Source: Conidiobolus incongruus B7586 (Eukaryota). From it: a stretch of 46,014 nt of DNA. The position numbers and the translations under genes are program-made. The notes under the pieces were generated by a model. The model did not search any database and was not told where the DNA came from. It was given only the letters and a program-made list of their open reading frames with translations. Numbering within the stretch: the first letter of the stretch is position 1; each line of letters opens with the position of its first letter. Location of the stretch: the NCBI GenBank assembly GCA_000697335.1, contig JNEM01006077.1, positions 1 to 46,014 on the forward strand. Direction: 5' to 3'. Positions 1-14,029 of the stretch are shown in pieces.

Positions 1-3000
1 AAAACAATTCATCCTAACGATTTCATTATCAAATCAAGACATTTGATTGGTCCTGCTCTTAGCATGGTTTGGAAGTCTGAGCATTTGACCAAATTCAGCT
101 CCAATTTTATTAACTCTTTGTTTACTGTTTCTGGAAATATTATCAAAGGTCAATTATTGAACATTGAGACCGCAGTTACAAGATTACCACCTCCAGTTCA
201 TCTAAACCTTATTTTCCCTGTCCGTAGACCTGAACCTAATCAGCAAATGGTTCAGCAGCTTACTGAAATGGGATTCCCAGCAAGTGCAGCAGAAATTGCA
301 TTAGTTAGATGTAATAATAATTTAAATCGTGCAGCAGAATATTTGGTTAGTCATCCTGAAATTGTTGCTACAGCTAGTTTTAATCCATCAGAAAACAACC
401 AATCCGGTGAAAATCAAGATGGTGATGATGAACCTACTGATGAAAATGCATCATCTCAAAATCAGCAGAATGAAGGTGAACAATCTACGAATCAAGAAGC
501 CGAGCCCGCCGAACCTACTGTTGAAGATCCTATCTTCAAAAAATCAGATATTTCTAATGTTCCCACCCTTGAACAATTAGAAACAAGTACAGAAGAGTTG
601 TACGATATCATTTTTGCATATATGTTTACAATTGTTGATAATGTTGAAAATGCAGTATTTGGTGCCAGAGATCTTCTCGCTATGCTTTTACAAAAATCCT
701 CTACAACTTCAACCACCTTGGAATCCATTGAAAGCGAACTTAAGAAGCAGTTAGTTGACTCTGAAGATGAAAGTTTTATTATTCCTCTTGGTCGTCGTCT
801 TCGTTTATTAGCACTTTTAAGCAACAAGCCTGCTAATTTGACTTTATTAAATCCTTTAATATGTCAAATATTTCCAAAATTGGTTCCGTTGGTTAAAAAG
901 CATATTTCTGGTAACGTTTCTGAACAAGTTTCAACATGTTTGGCTAGCTCTTTATTATGTATTGAACTTTGTATAGCTTATGAAGACTCATTACGCCTTA
1001 AACCCGCTTCTGAATCTGATCATACATTCGTCGTTGATCCCTCGTCAAGAAGTACTTTAATGGATATATGTTTAGACTATCTCAAGTTAGAAACATACTC
1101 TAAGGATATCGTATTGGCAATCTATCGCATTCTCGTTAGGTTAACTAAGCACGAAGATCAAGTGATTCAGTTTGTTTCAAACAACGGTGTTCAGCTACTC
1201 TTATCTCCTTTCTCCAACCATTCTTTGAACTATATTTCTAACCATGATCAATTTACTGTTATTATCAGACATATAATTGAAAATCAAAAACTATTGCACT
1301 TTTCGATGTCAGAAAATTTGAAACGCTGGTTTATTCACCCTCGTCCACGTATGGCTGATATCAATTCATTTCTAAAATCTAATTCTCATGTCGCAATGCG
1401 TGATCCTGATATATTCGTTAAATCTGTTGTTGATGTTTCTAAATTGAAAGAGCCTAATAATGAAGGACGTAGTAATCAGCTTATTTACAAGTATTACGAT
1501 CAATCAGTAGATGCCGAACACAAAGATGAAAATTTCTGCAAACCTGTACCAGCCTTATCTGAGTCATCTATTAATACTCTGTACTTCTTGCTATCAGAAT
1601 TACATAAACAATTTGAACAACCTGAAAAGGCTCCAATGAAAGATACTGATATGGATGTTTCAGACAACGAAGGTCAAAATACTCCTAATACTGAAGCTAC
1701 ATCTAAAGATCAACTCACAACTAAAGAAGAATCAGTATATCTTTATAAGTGTTTCTTGCTCCAAGTAATTTCCGAGCTACTTTTCTGTTTTCCTTCTTGT
1801 AGAATTGAACTGTTTGGCCCTGGTAAATTATCCAAATCAGCTCACAATCCTCCATTCAAATCACGCAGTTCCTTACTAAGCTTCTTGATTAATGACATAC
1901 TACTGAAGCCAACCAATCTTTCTTCTATAAGTAAGAGTCATCGTGATCTCATCCAACAAACTGCTTCTTGGACTTTATCTCTTCTTTGTGCTATATGTAT
2001 TGGAGAAAGTGATAATGTCAACGATCCTTATCATAATGAATTGACTTCTGTCAGGAAATCAGTGCTTGATGTCATTGCTAGGTCAATTCAAGATACACTA
2101 TCCATTCGTAGATTAGATATCAAATATAAGCGTTTGTCTACTCTCGCAGAGCTTTGTCACAAGATTCTTACCTGTAAAAAGACCCCCGGTGGCAGTACTT
2201 CCAAAGCTGATGAAGACGTCACACTATCAATTGTTAAACTAATGATAGAAAAGAATTTTGTTTCGTTACTAGTCTCTTGTATTAACGAATTAGACTTGAA
2301 TTACACCTCTATCAAAAATACCATCAACTCACTCCTCAAGCCACTAGAAATCTTATCTAAGCATGCTATTAAATTAGGAAATCCTGATCAGCTCGAATCT
2401 CTTCCTAAAGAGTTGCAAGATTTTTCAGTTGATGCCAATGCTATAGAATCAAGCGATAGTGAAGCGGAGGAAAGAGCTGACTTCTATAGAAACTCTTCTC
2501 TTCGCATGCTTGGAGGCGATCTGGATGTTTCTGAGCATGAAGATGATTTATCTTCAGATGAAGATGAAATTTATGACATGTCTGCTGACGATAGCTCCAA
2601 TGCCTCTGATCGCAATACTGAAGATGAAATGGAAGATATTGTCGAGATTGTTGGTCCTGATCATGATCATGATGAAGATGATGATATGGACGAAGACGAC
2701 GACGATGATGACGAAGAAGACGAAGACGATGATGATGACGAAGACGAAGACGACGACGATGATGGCGAAATCCAGGATGAAATAAATAGCTTTAGCGAAG
2801 ATGAGCATCCTGGTACTGTTGTTATGGAGTTTGATGAGGATGGCGATGAATCTCTTGATGACATCAATTCAGAAAATGAACAGTCTGCTGAATGGGATAT
2901 TGAAGATTTGGAAATGGATCTCGATCAATCTCAGCAACTCGCACCTGAAATTGTTTTGTCAGAATTTAATGATCAAGACATGCCTATTGACCAAACTGTA

Positions 3001-6000
3001 TTTAGTCCGAGTGAACTTCAAGACGGCAATGATGAAATTGATGATCGTTCCAGCCCTAGATCTAACTTCAATACTTCCCAAATTGGAAGAATCAATAGAA
3101 ATTTCGACCTCAACGGTACCAGTCGACCCACAGGCATTGAACTTAATCCAATTCGTCTTTCTAATATCCAAACTGAGTTTTTAAACCTTCATGACAGCTT
3201 GCTTTCTGGTGGTCCTCGTTCCATTTTGCTTGGTTCTTCATTTAATCCCAATTCTGTTCACCCTCTTTTATCCAATCCCGCCGATCAATCAGATAATCCA
3301 TTAGAAGTACTATCAAGCCGACGAGGACCACAAAATGAATCTCGTCAAGGAATGTTGCTTAGCGATATGATTGGAAATACCACTGCACAATTAGTTACGC
3401 AGCTCTTGCAAAGAAATTCTGGCGGCCGTCATGGTGATCTACTAAATGACCATATTACTACTATTTCTAGTCCCAATTTGCAAAATGTGATTACAACCCA
3501 CTTAGATCTTTCTTCAGATAGATCTCGTTCATTAAGACTATCCGTTAGACCTGGCTCAGATCCTTCTAATAGTCCTGCCACTATTATTTATCAATTGTCC
3601 CTGCTTTCATCTCATGAACGCTGGTACCAAGAAAATAACTTCTTAAATGGTACCTCTAATTCTGATCAAGTGTTGTCATTACAACAATCAATTGTTCAAA
3701 TTCTTGCACCTCAACAGAGTGAAAGAGATCAACCCCAAGATCAATCTGAACAAGCTGACGAAAGTCAACCTGAACCTATGGACGTTGATTTCAGTGAACA
3801 GTCTTTAGATTCTTCTGCTCTTGATCGCCAAATGGAAGACAGCACCACTGCCGATGACAGTGCCGCATTAGCCCTTTTAAATGAAGCTCGTAGTAATCAT
3901 CCTTCTCAAGAGAATCAAGGTGCATCTGAACCAACTCAAGGAGATCAAACTGGAGAGCCAGATAACAATCAAGAATCAATTACAGCCCAACGTTCAGATG
4001 AAAATCAAGGTGCTTCAACCTCCCGACGCGAGCCCATCTTGTATTCTGTTAATGGACGTATGGTTGATATATCTCACACTGATATGGATCCCTCATTTTT
4101 AGATGCTCTTCCTGAAGATATGCTACAAGAAGTACTAGCACAAAGATTCCCTGAACCCGAGCCTGAAAATGAAACCAATGATCCTATTTCTCCTGAATTC
4201 CTTAATGCACTTCCTGAAGATATTCGAATGGAGCTCCTTGGTAATGCTTCAATCACAACTAATGAAAACAATGATCAATCACAATTTCCCGACCAGCAAA
4301 CCGTGTCTTCCATCATCTCTAACTCATTAAATCGTTTTCCACCTCCATTTAGAAATAGAGCTTTTGACTGGACCAATCCCATGTCCAACTCGCACCACTC
4401 TCAAGACAATCAAAGTTTTATTGAATTCAACCGTAGACCCATCTCTAATAGAACAGGATATCTACCTCGATTCTATGAGCAAAATAACCAATCTTCCAAT
4501 GACCCTTCTAGCCAAAAAGATCGTCACCCTAAACAGACAATTCAGTTAGTCGATTATTCTGCTTTGACTAGCATTATTAGACTCTTATTCCTTCCTCAAA
4601 CGTTGAGCAAGAATTCGGTTCATAAACTTTTGATTAACTTATGTGAAAATGCTAACACTTGCTCTAACCTAATTTCGATTTTATTATCTATTATTCAAGA
4701 TTGTCCCAACGATATCCAGGCATTAGATCGCAGCTTTGCTAATTTATCATTACAGCACAAATCTGGCCAAAAGCCTATGGTCAAACCCAAAATGCATTTG
4801 AATACAGCAAACGAAGGTATTGACCCTAATTTGATTATCAAGAGATGCATTCAAACTTTGAGTCATTTGATCTCTTCGAATAACTTATCTATTCGATATT
4901 TCTTGAACGAGCATCAAACCGTATATCGTAAATCAGTTGGCAAAAAGTCTAAGGGTAAAGAAAAGGTTATTGAGACATCCAACCCATTAGTTGCACTGAT
5001 ATTCTTATTGGACCATCCTTCTATTTTGTCTGACCTTACCTTGGTAGAGCAGCTTATGCATCTTCTTTCTTCTATTACCCGCTACTACTCGGCCCAATAT
5101 AAGTCTTATATTGAAAAACATGCTTCGAACAAACAGGAGAGTTCTCAGAATGGAGCTCAGGGAACCACAGCTGATACTGAACCTTCCAAGTCCAATTCGA
5201 GTAATCAACAAGGCTCCGAAAACGCTATCACTGCTTCTAAGCCTATTCATATTCCTGACTCATCATTAAAAGCAATAATCAATGCACTTGCCTCAGGCGA
5301 ATGTACTAGTAAGACCTTCCAGTACACATTATCAGTAATTCAGCACTTGTCTGTCATCGAAAAGGCCCAATCTGTCTTCTTTGAAGAATTAGCGATTAAA
5401 TCCCAAAAGCTTCAGACCCAAATATCCGAAGACTTGGCTGAACTTGAAGGTCATTTAAGTTCTCTTACTGACGGCACTGAAATAACCAAATCAGATTTAA
5501 TCAAATTCTCACAATCTTCTTCTGTTCAAGCTAAATTATTGAGATTGTTGAAGACATTGGATTACTTCCATACCAGGAAGAAGCAAAAGCAAACTGATTC
5601 TAATCATGAGGGTCATGAATTCAAATTCCAGCAAGTTTACCATCAGCTACTTAAGACTGATATATGGAAGCATTTGGACTCATGTTTGAGCTTGATTGTT
5701 GATAAAGAGGAGATGAATCATGTTGCTACTCTTTTGTTACCATTGATAGAAGCATTTATGGTAATCTTCAAGCATAGTGGCTTTTTACCCAGTTCTTCTT
5801 CAAGCACTCCCAAGCGTGAGACTGAAGAGTTGAAGATGTTTGATCAATTCACTGAACGTCATCGAAAGATTCTCAATTTGCTGCTTCGTTTAAACCCAAG
5901 TTTAATGAGTGGCTCCTTCTCTATTTTGCTACAGAACCATAAAGTTTTGGATTTCGATAATAAAAGAAACTATTTCAGACAACAGCTGCATAAACGATCT

Positions 6001-7155
6001 AACTCTCGAGATCAGTATGGCAGTTTACAGCTCAATGTTCGTCGTTCACATGTCTTCGAAGATTCCTACCATCAACTCCAAGGAAGATCAGGTGAAGAAA
6101 TCAAATATGGCAAATTGAATGTCAAATTCCATGATGAAGAAGGTGTCGATGCTGGCGGTGTAACAAGAGAATGGTCACAAGTTTTATCCCGTCAAATGTT
6201 TAATCCTGATTACGCTTTGTTTAAAACCTCCGCTGTTGATCGAGTTACTTACCAACCTAATAGATCATCATGGGTCAATAATGACCATTTGTCCTATTTC
6301 AAATTCGTTGGTAGAATTATAGGCAAAGCTATTTATGATAATCGTTTACTTGATTGCTATTTCACTCGCTCTTTTTACAAGCATATTCTCAACAAACCAG
6401 TTGAAATTCGCGATATGGAAGCTGTTGATCCTACCTTTTATAGAAGTTTGATGTGGATGACAGAAAATGATATCACTGGTGTTTTAGACCTAACTTTCAG
6501 TATGGAAGATGAAGAGTTCGGTGAAAAGAGAATTATTGATTTGAAACCAAATGGACGTGATATCCCTGTTACTGAGGAAAATAAGCATGAATATATCCAC
6601 TTAATCACACAACAAAAGTTGACTGTTGCCATTAAAGATCAAATCAAGAATTTCTTGATTGGGTTTCACGAAATCATACCTCCTTGGCTCATTCGCATTT
6701 TCAATGAGCAGGAATTAGAGCTTTTGATTTCCGGTCTTCCTTACATTGATGTTGATGACTGGAAAAATAATACCGAATACCAAGGATACACAGAGTCATC
6801 TCCTCAAATCCAATGGTTCTGGAGAGCTGTACGAAGCTTCGATCAAGAAGAACGCGCTAAACTCCTTCAATTTGTTACTGGCACCTCCAAAGTCCCATTA
6901 GAAGGGTTTAGTAATTTACAAGGCTCAGGAGGTGTTCAACGTTTCCAAATTCACAAAGATTTCTCATCAACTCAAAGATTGCCATCTGCCCACACATGGT
7001 AAGCTATTACTCAAAATATATTATTTATAGTTATTAATGGATATTTTTTTAGTTTTAATCAATTAGATATACCATTATATGAAAGCTATGAACAACTAAG
7101 ATCTCAGATTCTCTTAGCTATTTCTGAGTGTGGTACTGGATTCGGATTCAGTTAA
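1..7155 (+). CDS. TOM1: HECT E3 ubiquitin ligase, TOM1/HUWE1 family (5' end outside window; exons <1-6998 and 7053-7155)
   Basis: Frame is open from base 1. UBA domain (QLTEMGFP...NRAAEYL), long D/E tract, DUF4414/UBM-like repeats ([23 protein letters not shown]) and a C-terminal HECT domain ([13 protein letters not shown]...[12 protein letters not shown]). A GTAAGC...TTAG intron at 6999-7052 restores LPSAHTCFNQLDIP...GFGFS-stop. Confidence 0.96.
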
Positions 7156-7849
7156 ACTTATTATTTATATCTCATTACGCATCATATCTATTCAATATTG
7201 AACATTTAATAACCAAAATTACATATATTGTCATTTATATTATTCTGCTTATTTTAAATAATCAAACTCTACTATATTCAAAACTTAATAAAATTTCAAT
7301 TCTTCATTATCCCAATTAGTTTAGCATTTTAAACATTGCCATACTTTAGTCAATCTATTAGGTTTAGAAAAAAATGGCAATTTTTTTAATTTCTGATTTT
7401 TTCAAACATATTGTTGATTTAAAATATAAATTATATACAAAATAGATAGGAGAAATGATCTTTCCAAGCTATATATATTATATATTCATTCAGAATAATT
7501 TTCTATTAAAATATTTCAAAAATTTATTGTTAAATTTATAATGATTATCAAAAATCTTTTAATTTAATATTACTAAAACTCAAATACAAAATTTTAAGAT
7601 TATTTAGGATGTACAACTTATAAAAATAATATTTTATTATAAATTTCATCTATTGTTAAATTTATTATTTCAAATCTAGAAAAAACATTATTCAAAATTT
7701 ATTAAAATATTAATATCTATTATTTTTTATTTATTAATGAACTAAAAAATTATAATAAAAAACACTTCATTTTAGTTACAAAATTATCAAAGTAATTTAA
7801 TATTAATTATTTAAGTATTATATATATTAAGCTTAAATTAATAAAAATA

Positions 7850-8300
7850 TAAAAACACCTCATGATTTAATAAAAGCTTATCAGTTATAGTTATTATTAA
7901 GTTAAATTTATTAAGATTTAACTTAAAACAAAAGTGTTTATATTAAATTATTTTATTAATTTTAAACTTTTTTATATAACCCTTTGCTTAAAAACAAAAG
8001 AGAATATTAGGTTAATTTAATTAATTTTCTTCATAAATTTTAATTATCATAATTTATTATAATAGTATAAGGTTTTTTATTTATTCTTAAATATAAATCA
8101 ATTATTATTTATAAATTTCATATATATTTTTATATTAAATAATTTTTAATAGGAGTTTTTGTCATAAATTAAATATATTCATTATTTTATAAAACAATTA
8201 CATAATATACATAATTAATATTATAAAAAATTTATTATATTTAGTATGTTCATTGGATTATAACTTATATTATTATAATTGCTTTAGATAATAAAAAGAA
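7850..8300 (+). mobile_element. Heavily mutated mariner-like transposase relic (boundaries approximate)
   Basis: KTPHDL near 7851 resembles WVPHEL; YNPLLKNKREY*V at 7975; CSLDYNLYYYNCFR at 8247 parallels YSSDMNPCDYNCF of the relic near 38.9 kb. Motif order fits a mariner transposase. Confidence 0.6.
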
Positions 8301-9801
8301 TATATTTGCAAGAAAGAATATTTATCCAAATAAATATATTTGGTTTATAAATTATTTAATTTTATTAATAAAAAAAAGTAAATTATTATTTAAATATCAA
8401 AAGTTTATTATAAATATAGAAAATAATTAATAATAAAAACGAATATTAGTTTTATTTTGCATATTTATTTTTATAAATCATATATTAAACAATATATCAA
8501 TTTTTGATTTTAATATTATTATTTAGTTTTTGAAATAATAATAAAAATTTATTTACTATTATTATTTCCAAAATTATATATATAAATATATATAATATAT
8601 TATTCCTTTATTGAAAATCTTAATATTATTTGATCTAATTTTCCATTTAAAAATCTCTAATAAATAATATCAAGTTATAATAAATAGTTAATAAATGCTA
8701 TATACATCTAGAATTTAATTAAATTCTAAATTATTAAAATCATTAATTACACTAATTGATTTTATAAATAGTAATTAATTATTTAGTAACATAATTAAGT
8801 GCAAATAAATTTAATTTTATTATTTTTTGTGAATTTTTTAACATTAAAATTATCAAATAATTCCTCACATTAATTCCTTTAAATCATTTTTCAAGTATAA
8901 ATGATATATTGTATTTGTAATGTTTATTATTATCAACATATCTTTGAAACAAGAATTTTGAATAGATTAAAAAAATGTTTTTAATATAAATATATATCAA
9001 TACTAATTAAAAATATTTCATATTGTGTTAATAATATTATTATTGATATAATTTTTATGTAATAAATTAAATTCACAATAACAATATTTATTTTTCAAAA
9101 TATCTTTATAATTGCCAATTATTATTAAAAGAAATTAATATATTTTGATAATATATATACATATATATATATTCTAAGTTATTAATTAATTTGATGGGAG
9201 CGATAGAATGATAAAGTTATTATATTTTATGAAATGAAAGATTCGTAATATTGTTTGATATATAAAATAATCATTCTAAATAGCAAATCTGAAAAATATA
9301 TTGGTGAGTATTTATAATATTTCATTTTGTGTATTAATAATTACTATATTAAAATAGTGTCTACCAGCGATTATTAGGAGGCATCAGTTATATTTTGAGA
9401 ATAATCATTTATTATTTATTTCAAATAATTCAAATAAATTTGAGTTTTATAAAATGATAAGGATTCGATATTGTTAAGATAATAATTATCACCGAATATT
9501 ATAGTGATTGCTTGATACTTGTTGATATTGATATGAGTGTTGGTCTTTCAATTTCGACATCATAGTTATTAAAATATTTTATGAATATATAATTTGAATA
9601 ATCAAATTTTTAATAGGAGATACTCAATAAAAAAAAATTAAGTATATCAAAAATTGGCATTTTCAACAAATATCTAATATTTTAAAATTGTTAAGGCAGC
9701 ACTAAATTTCAATTCCACATTTAAATCAATCCCATGAATCAAAATTCATATAAAATGGGTTAAATTAAACCGTGGTCATAATTCAATAAAATTCAAATGC
9801 A

Positions 9802-11334
9802 ATGAAATACATCACTCTACCATATCAATTAAAATTACAATTCGAAGGAATTATTCATCCCAAGAGTATTGCTTTAGGCGATATTGACGATGACAAATTA
9901 AATGAGCTGGTTATAGGAACTATTTCTGGTGATTTATATATTTACAAAGGCTCTCACACATCCAACCAGCGTAACGAACTAACACCTTGGAAAACTTGCC
10001 GCTTAAATGGAACAATCACATCAGTTGTTATTGGAGACATCAGGAATATTGGAAGGTCTTCTCTTCTGGTGATTACGGCGGAAGGAGACCTTTACCTGTT
10101 CGATACTCCTTTTATTAATCCAGTCAGCTCCATTCCTCCAACTCCCTCGATTGCCATTTCTTCACCACATATCGTCACCCCTTTGCCATCACCAAATCCT
10201 CAAGAACCCATTAACCCCGGCGAAAAACTCAAATTTATCCAAAAATCAGCCGAGCACACCTTCCAGCCCAATGTCATTCTACCTAACTGGACTTCCCAAA
10301 TCCCTACTAACACAGTCGCAGCACTCATAGAAGACATCGACGGAGACGGAATAAACGAACTGGTACTCGGACGATCAGACCGACAGATACACGCATACCA
10401 GCTTACAGAGGGTCGTGCGATACCTGACCAAAACTCACCAAATGCTAGATCAAAGGCCCGAGGTATGCAGGTATTCACCGGTAGAGTTCAATCTCTTGAC
10501 TATAATTCACTCTTCTGGCTGAATAAGGCCATATTCCAAGTTAAGGAGCCCATTAGCAGTTTGAAGCTGGACTTTGATCCTAAAGGTAATCCAATTCTGA
10601 TTGTTGGTCAGCTAGGCGGACGATATCTTGAAATTGATGTCAATGGTCAGATCAATCTGTTTCCACAGGAATTACAAGGTATTGATGCAGGAGTACCCAC
10701 TCAGCTTACAAGTGTTCTGTTGCCCAATAATTCTGTCGGAGTACTGACAGCTACCTCCCAAGGAATGATTAATGTATATGGATTAACTTCAGGTGATCAA
10801 ATCAAGCAAATTAAACTATCAAACAGGATGCCTATTCTAGATATCACGACTTTACCCACTCTGCTGCCATTTGCACAACATCCTCTTGTAGCATGCTGTC
10901 TCACAGATGGAACCACTTACTTTGTAGATCACAACTACCAATTAGCCAAATTCTCTTTTGGTAATAGTGTGCGCGGGTTTATAGGAGGCAAATTTGGATT
11001 TGATAAAAACTCCCCATGTTTGGTATATGTAGAGCTGAATGGTAGTATTACATTGGTACATCATCTAAATGTCAACTGTTCAACCAATATCAAGCTACCA
11101 GAAGTAACTCCAAGTGATTTGGAGGCTCTATTTCAAAGTGATAAATATCGCCATATTTTGAATAAGTTCGAATACAATCCTAAATGGCCACAATCCAAGA
11201 AGATTGCACTATATCGTCATATTGCTTTGTATCATTTTCAATCTATTGATCCCCCCTCTAATTTGACTTCTCCAATCCCAATCTCCTTGGGACGTTCCCT
11301 AAGTCAAGACTGGTCAGAAGTAGATAATCATTAA
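9802..11334 (+). CDS. ITFG2: KICSTOR subunit ITFG2 homolog (FG-GAP repeat protein), intronless, 510 aa
   Basis: N-terminus LQFEGIIHPKSIALGDIDDDKLNELVIGTISG...PWKTC...GDIRNIGRSSLLVITAEG.LYLFD is colinear with the animal ITFG2 N-terminus as I recall it. Second FG-GAP motif DIDGDGINELVLG; C-terminal ACCLTDGTTY and PCLVYV motifs. Confidence 0.88.
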   Translation: MKYITLPYQLKLQFEGIIHPKSIALGDIDDDKLNELVIGTISGDLYIYKGSHTSNQRNELTPWKTCRLNGTITSVVIGDIRNIGRSSLLVITAEGDLYLFDTPFINPVSSIPPTPSIAISSPHIVTPLPSPNPQEPINPGEKLKFIQKSAEHTFQPNVILPNWTSQIPTNTVAALIEDIDGDGINELVLGRSDRQIHAYQLTEGRAIPDQNSPNARSKARGMQVFTGRVQSLDYNSLFWLNKAIFQVKEPISSLKLDFDPKGNPILIVGQLGGRYLEIDVNGQINLFPQELQGIDAGVPTQLTSVLLPNNSVGVLTATSQGMINVYGLTSGDQIKQIKLSNRMPILDITTLPTLLPFAQHPLVACCLTDGTTYFVDHNYQLAKFSFGNSVRGFIGGKFGFDKNSPCLVYVELNGSITLVHHLNVNCSTNIKLPEVTPSDLEALFQSDKYRHILNKFEYNPKWPQSKKIALYRHIALYHFQSIDPPSNLTSPIPISLGRSLSQDWSEVDNH

Positions 11335-13995
11335 TTCAATATAATCATTAACTCGCATTTCTGTGATATTTCCTTAAATATCATAAAATATAACATATTC
11401 TACCACAATAATTTAGTTTTATTAATAAATCAATATATTGAAACTATATGGTTCTATATCTTTTTTAATGTAATAAAATTATTTGAAATTAACATTCATT
11501 TTGTAATTAAATTAAATTTAAATACCCAGTAATAAAATAAAATAATTGTAATATAATTAAAATTTATGAATTAATAATTTTAATTAGAAATTATGAAAAA
11601 GTTTAAAATAATTTTATTAATCAAAAAAAATATATGAAAATTATAAAAATAATTTGACAAAATATAATACCTTATTTTTAGTTATATCTTGAACTAAAAT
11701 AATTATGGGAAATTAGATAAATCACTAACAGAATACAGAATGAATAAAGTGTTTTTAATGATTAATAAAAGATTGATGAGCAAATTCACTGTTGAATTGA
11801 TGACTTTATTTATATTATATCCTGGTGTATTATAAAATGCAAAGGGAAAAAGTGTTAAAGTTTTAAATTTATTTTGAAATTTTTGTTATATATATATTAG
11901 CAATTACAAATTTGAAATTAAGGATTTTAAGTGTTTTACATTAAATAAAGAACCTACTTGTAATTATCTAATCATTTTTAAATATTTAGTTGAGCTCAAT
12001 AACGAATATTTTTATAAGAAATTATTAATTAATATAACTATATATATTTATATATTCAATATACAAACTTAATGAAGTTGCATTCTTTGAATATAATTCA
12101 AAATCAATATATTATCATATTCTAAATGTATAATGTGATATGTGGATGTTGTAGGGTTATTCAATCATAATGTTAATACGTAATATGATATCTTTCAATT
12201 TGATAGTCTTATTTTGAACTTTAGGCAGAATAATATCATAATTACTAATCAAATCAAGTTAATCAGTGAATTAAATTTTGGTAATAATATTTTATCAATT
12301 TCTGATATCTATTTTAATTTAATAAATAATGATTCAATAATATTATGATTCCTAATAGATCTATTATGATTTGTACAACTCATAAACTCATATATACCAA
12401 TTTTTAAATGAATAGTTTACCATAGTCTCCCTCTTAGGTTATATTCACCTTACTAATATAAATAATAAAAGAAAATATTGTAAATAAAGGTATTATTTCA
12501 TATTATATACTAAATTAAGAAATGATCCGTATTTCTTCATTTAATTAAAAATCAGTTCATAAATTAAGAAGAGAATTTTATTATATTAAAGCTTGAATTA
12601 TACCTTTTTGAACGATTGATTACCAATATGAAAAAATACCTCAATTAAAATATTAATATTGTATCCAATATACAATATAACTTGTGTCAAGAAGTAACCA
12701 GACTTGTAAAATTTCATTTTGAGACAAGTATAAAATAAAACCGGTTATTGAAATATACTATTATAAATTTATTAGTTGAGATATATTAATAATTTCAAAA
12801 AGAAATTGAATGGAGAAAGGTATATAGGAGAATCAAAGCTAGAATTATCAAATAATATACTTAGGATTCCGATTATCTTTAATATTTAAATTATTCAAAA
12901 TACATTTTAATGTTAGGATATTATACTATATTATAGTTTACTTATATTATTAAAATTTAATCTATATATTGAAAAAACGTATGAATTGGAAGTATGTGTA
13001 ATCTCATACTAGAAATTTTGGTAAATTCAGTTTATAGTTTTTTTTCAGTAGATTAACAGAATCTGATTATTCTTTCATATAACTAATAAAATTATCTAAA
13101 TAATGATTTCATTTTATTGCAAACTATGTAAATTCTACTTAAATTGATAGATTTTTCTATTTATTATATCATTTATTTAACCATATATTTCATTTAAAAA
13201 ATTATGTATGATTTCAACCTCAATATGCAATATCAAAATTTTCATATGCTGGATTAAATAACATTATCAAATATATATATATTATTTAGATTTTAGTTTT
13301 AAATAAAAATGATATTTGAAACAAATTTTGTTAATAAGAAAATAATATATATCTGCCTTACTTAAAGCTTAGTATGGACTTAAAACTATTGGCTATTTAA
13401 CTAAGTAAAATATTTCTTCAAAATATTAAAATATTCATAATAATAATTTGAATAATTTGAAATTTGTGTGGTTTTGATTTTTAAAACAAATTGAATTATA
13501 TCTAATTTAGCATTGATATTGGGTTTATAATAATATATTCAGACAAGATTTTAATCAATATGAAAATAGTTATAACTTTTTAATATAAATTATATTTTTT
13601 AGCTAAAATATCTTTTAATATATCTAATCAGTTTATCTGCCCATCGTAATAGTATAATCATTTGTTTTGATTTATTATTATATTAAATAAGTTTATCAGA
13701 AAATCAAATTTCTTTGAGATAAAGATTATTTCAAATTACTCTAATTTTAATATTTGAAAATCCAAGATTTTTATTTAATTATAATAATATTTAAAAATCA
13801 TAGATTAAACCAATATTATCGTTATCGAATATATTAAAATTGTAATATTTTAATATAATTAATTAATACATAATGATCAATAAATCTAAAAATGTTGCAG
13901 TATTGATTATACAATATATTTGAGATATTGAATTATTTGAGCTTGTGCTTGACTGGAATTAAATTTGTTTAATAAATTTTTCACAATAATAATTG

Positions 13996-13997
<2 letters not shown>

Positions 13998-14027
<30 letters not shown>
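13998..14027. repeat. (AT)n microsatellite
   Basis: About 15 perfect AT units. Confidence 0.95.

Positions 14028-14029
<2 letters not shown>

Noticed and set aside
329..6632. Short overlapping or antisense ORFs inside TOM1, including poly-Ser and M/T/K-rich ones
   Set aside because: They are alternate-frame shadows of the main CDS and its acidic tract.
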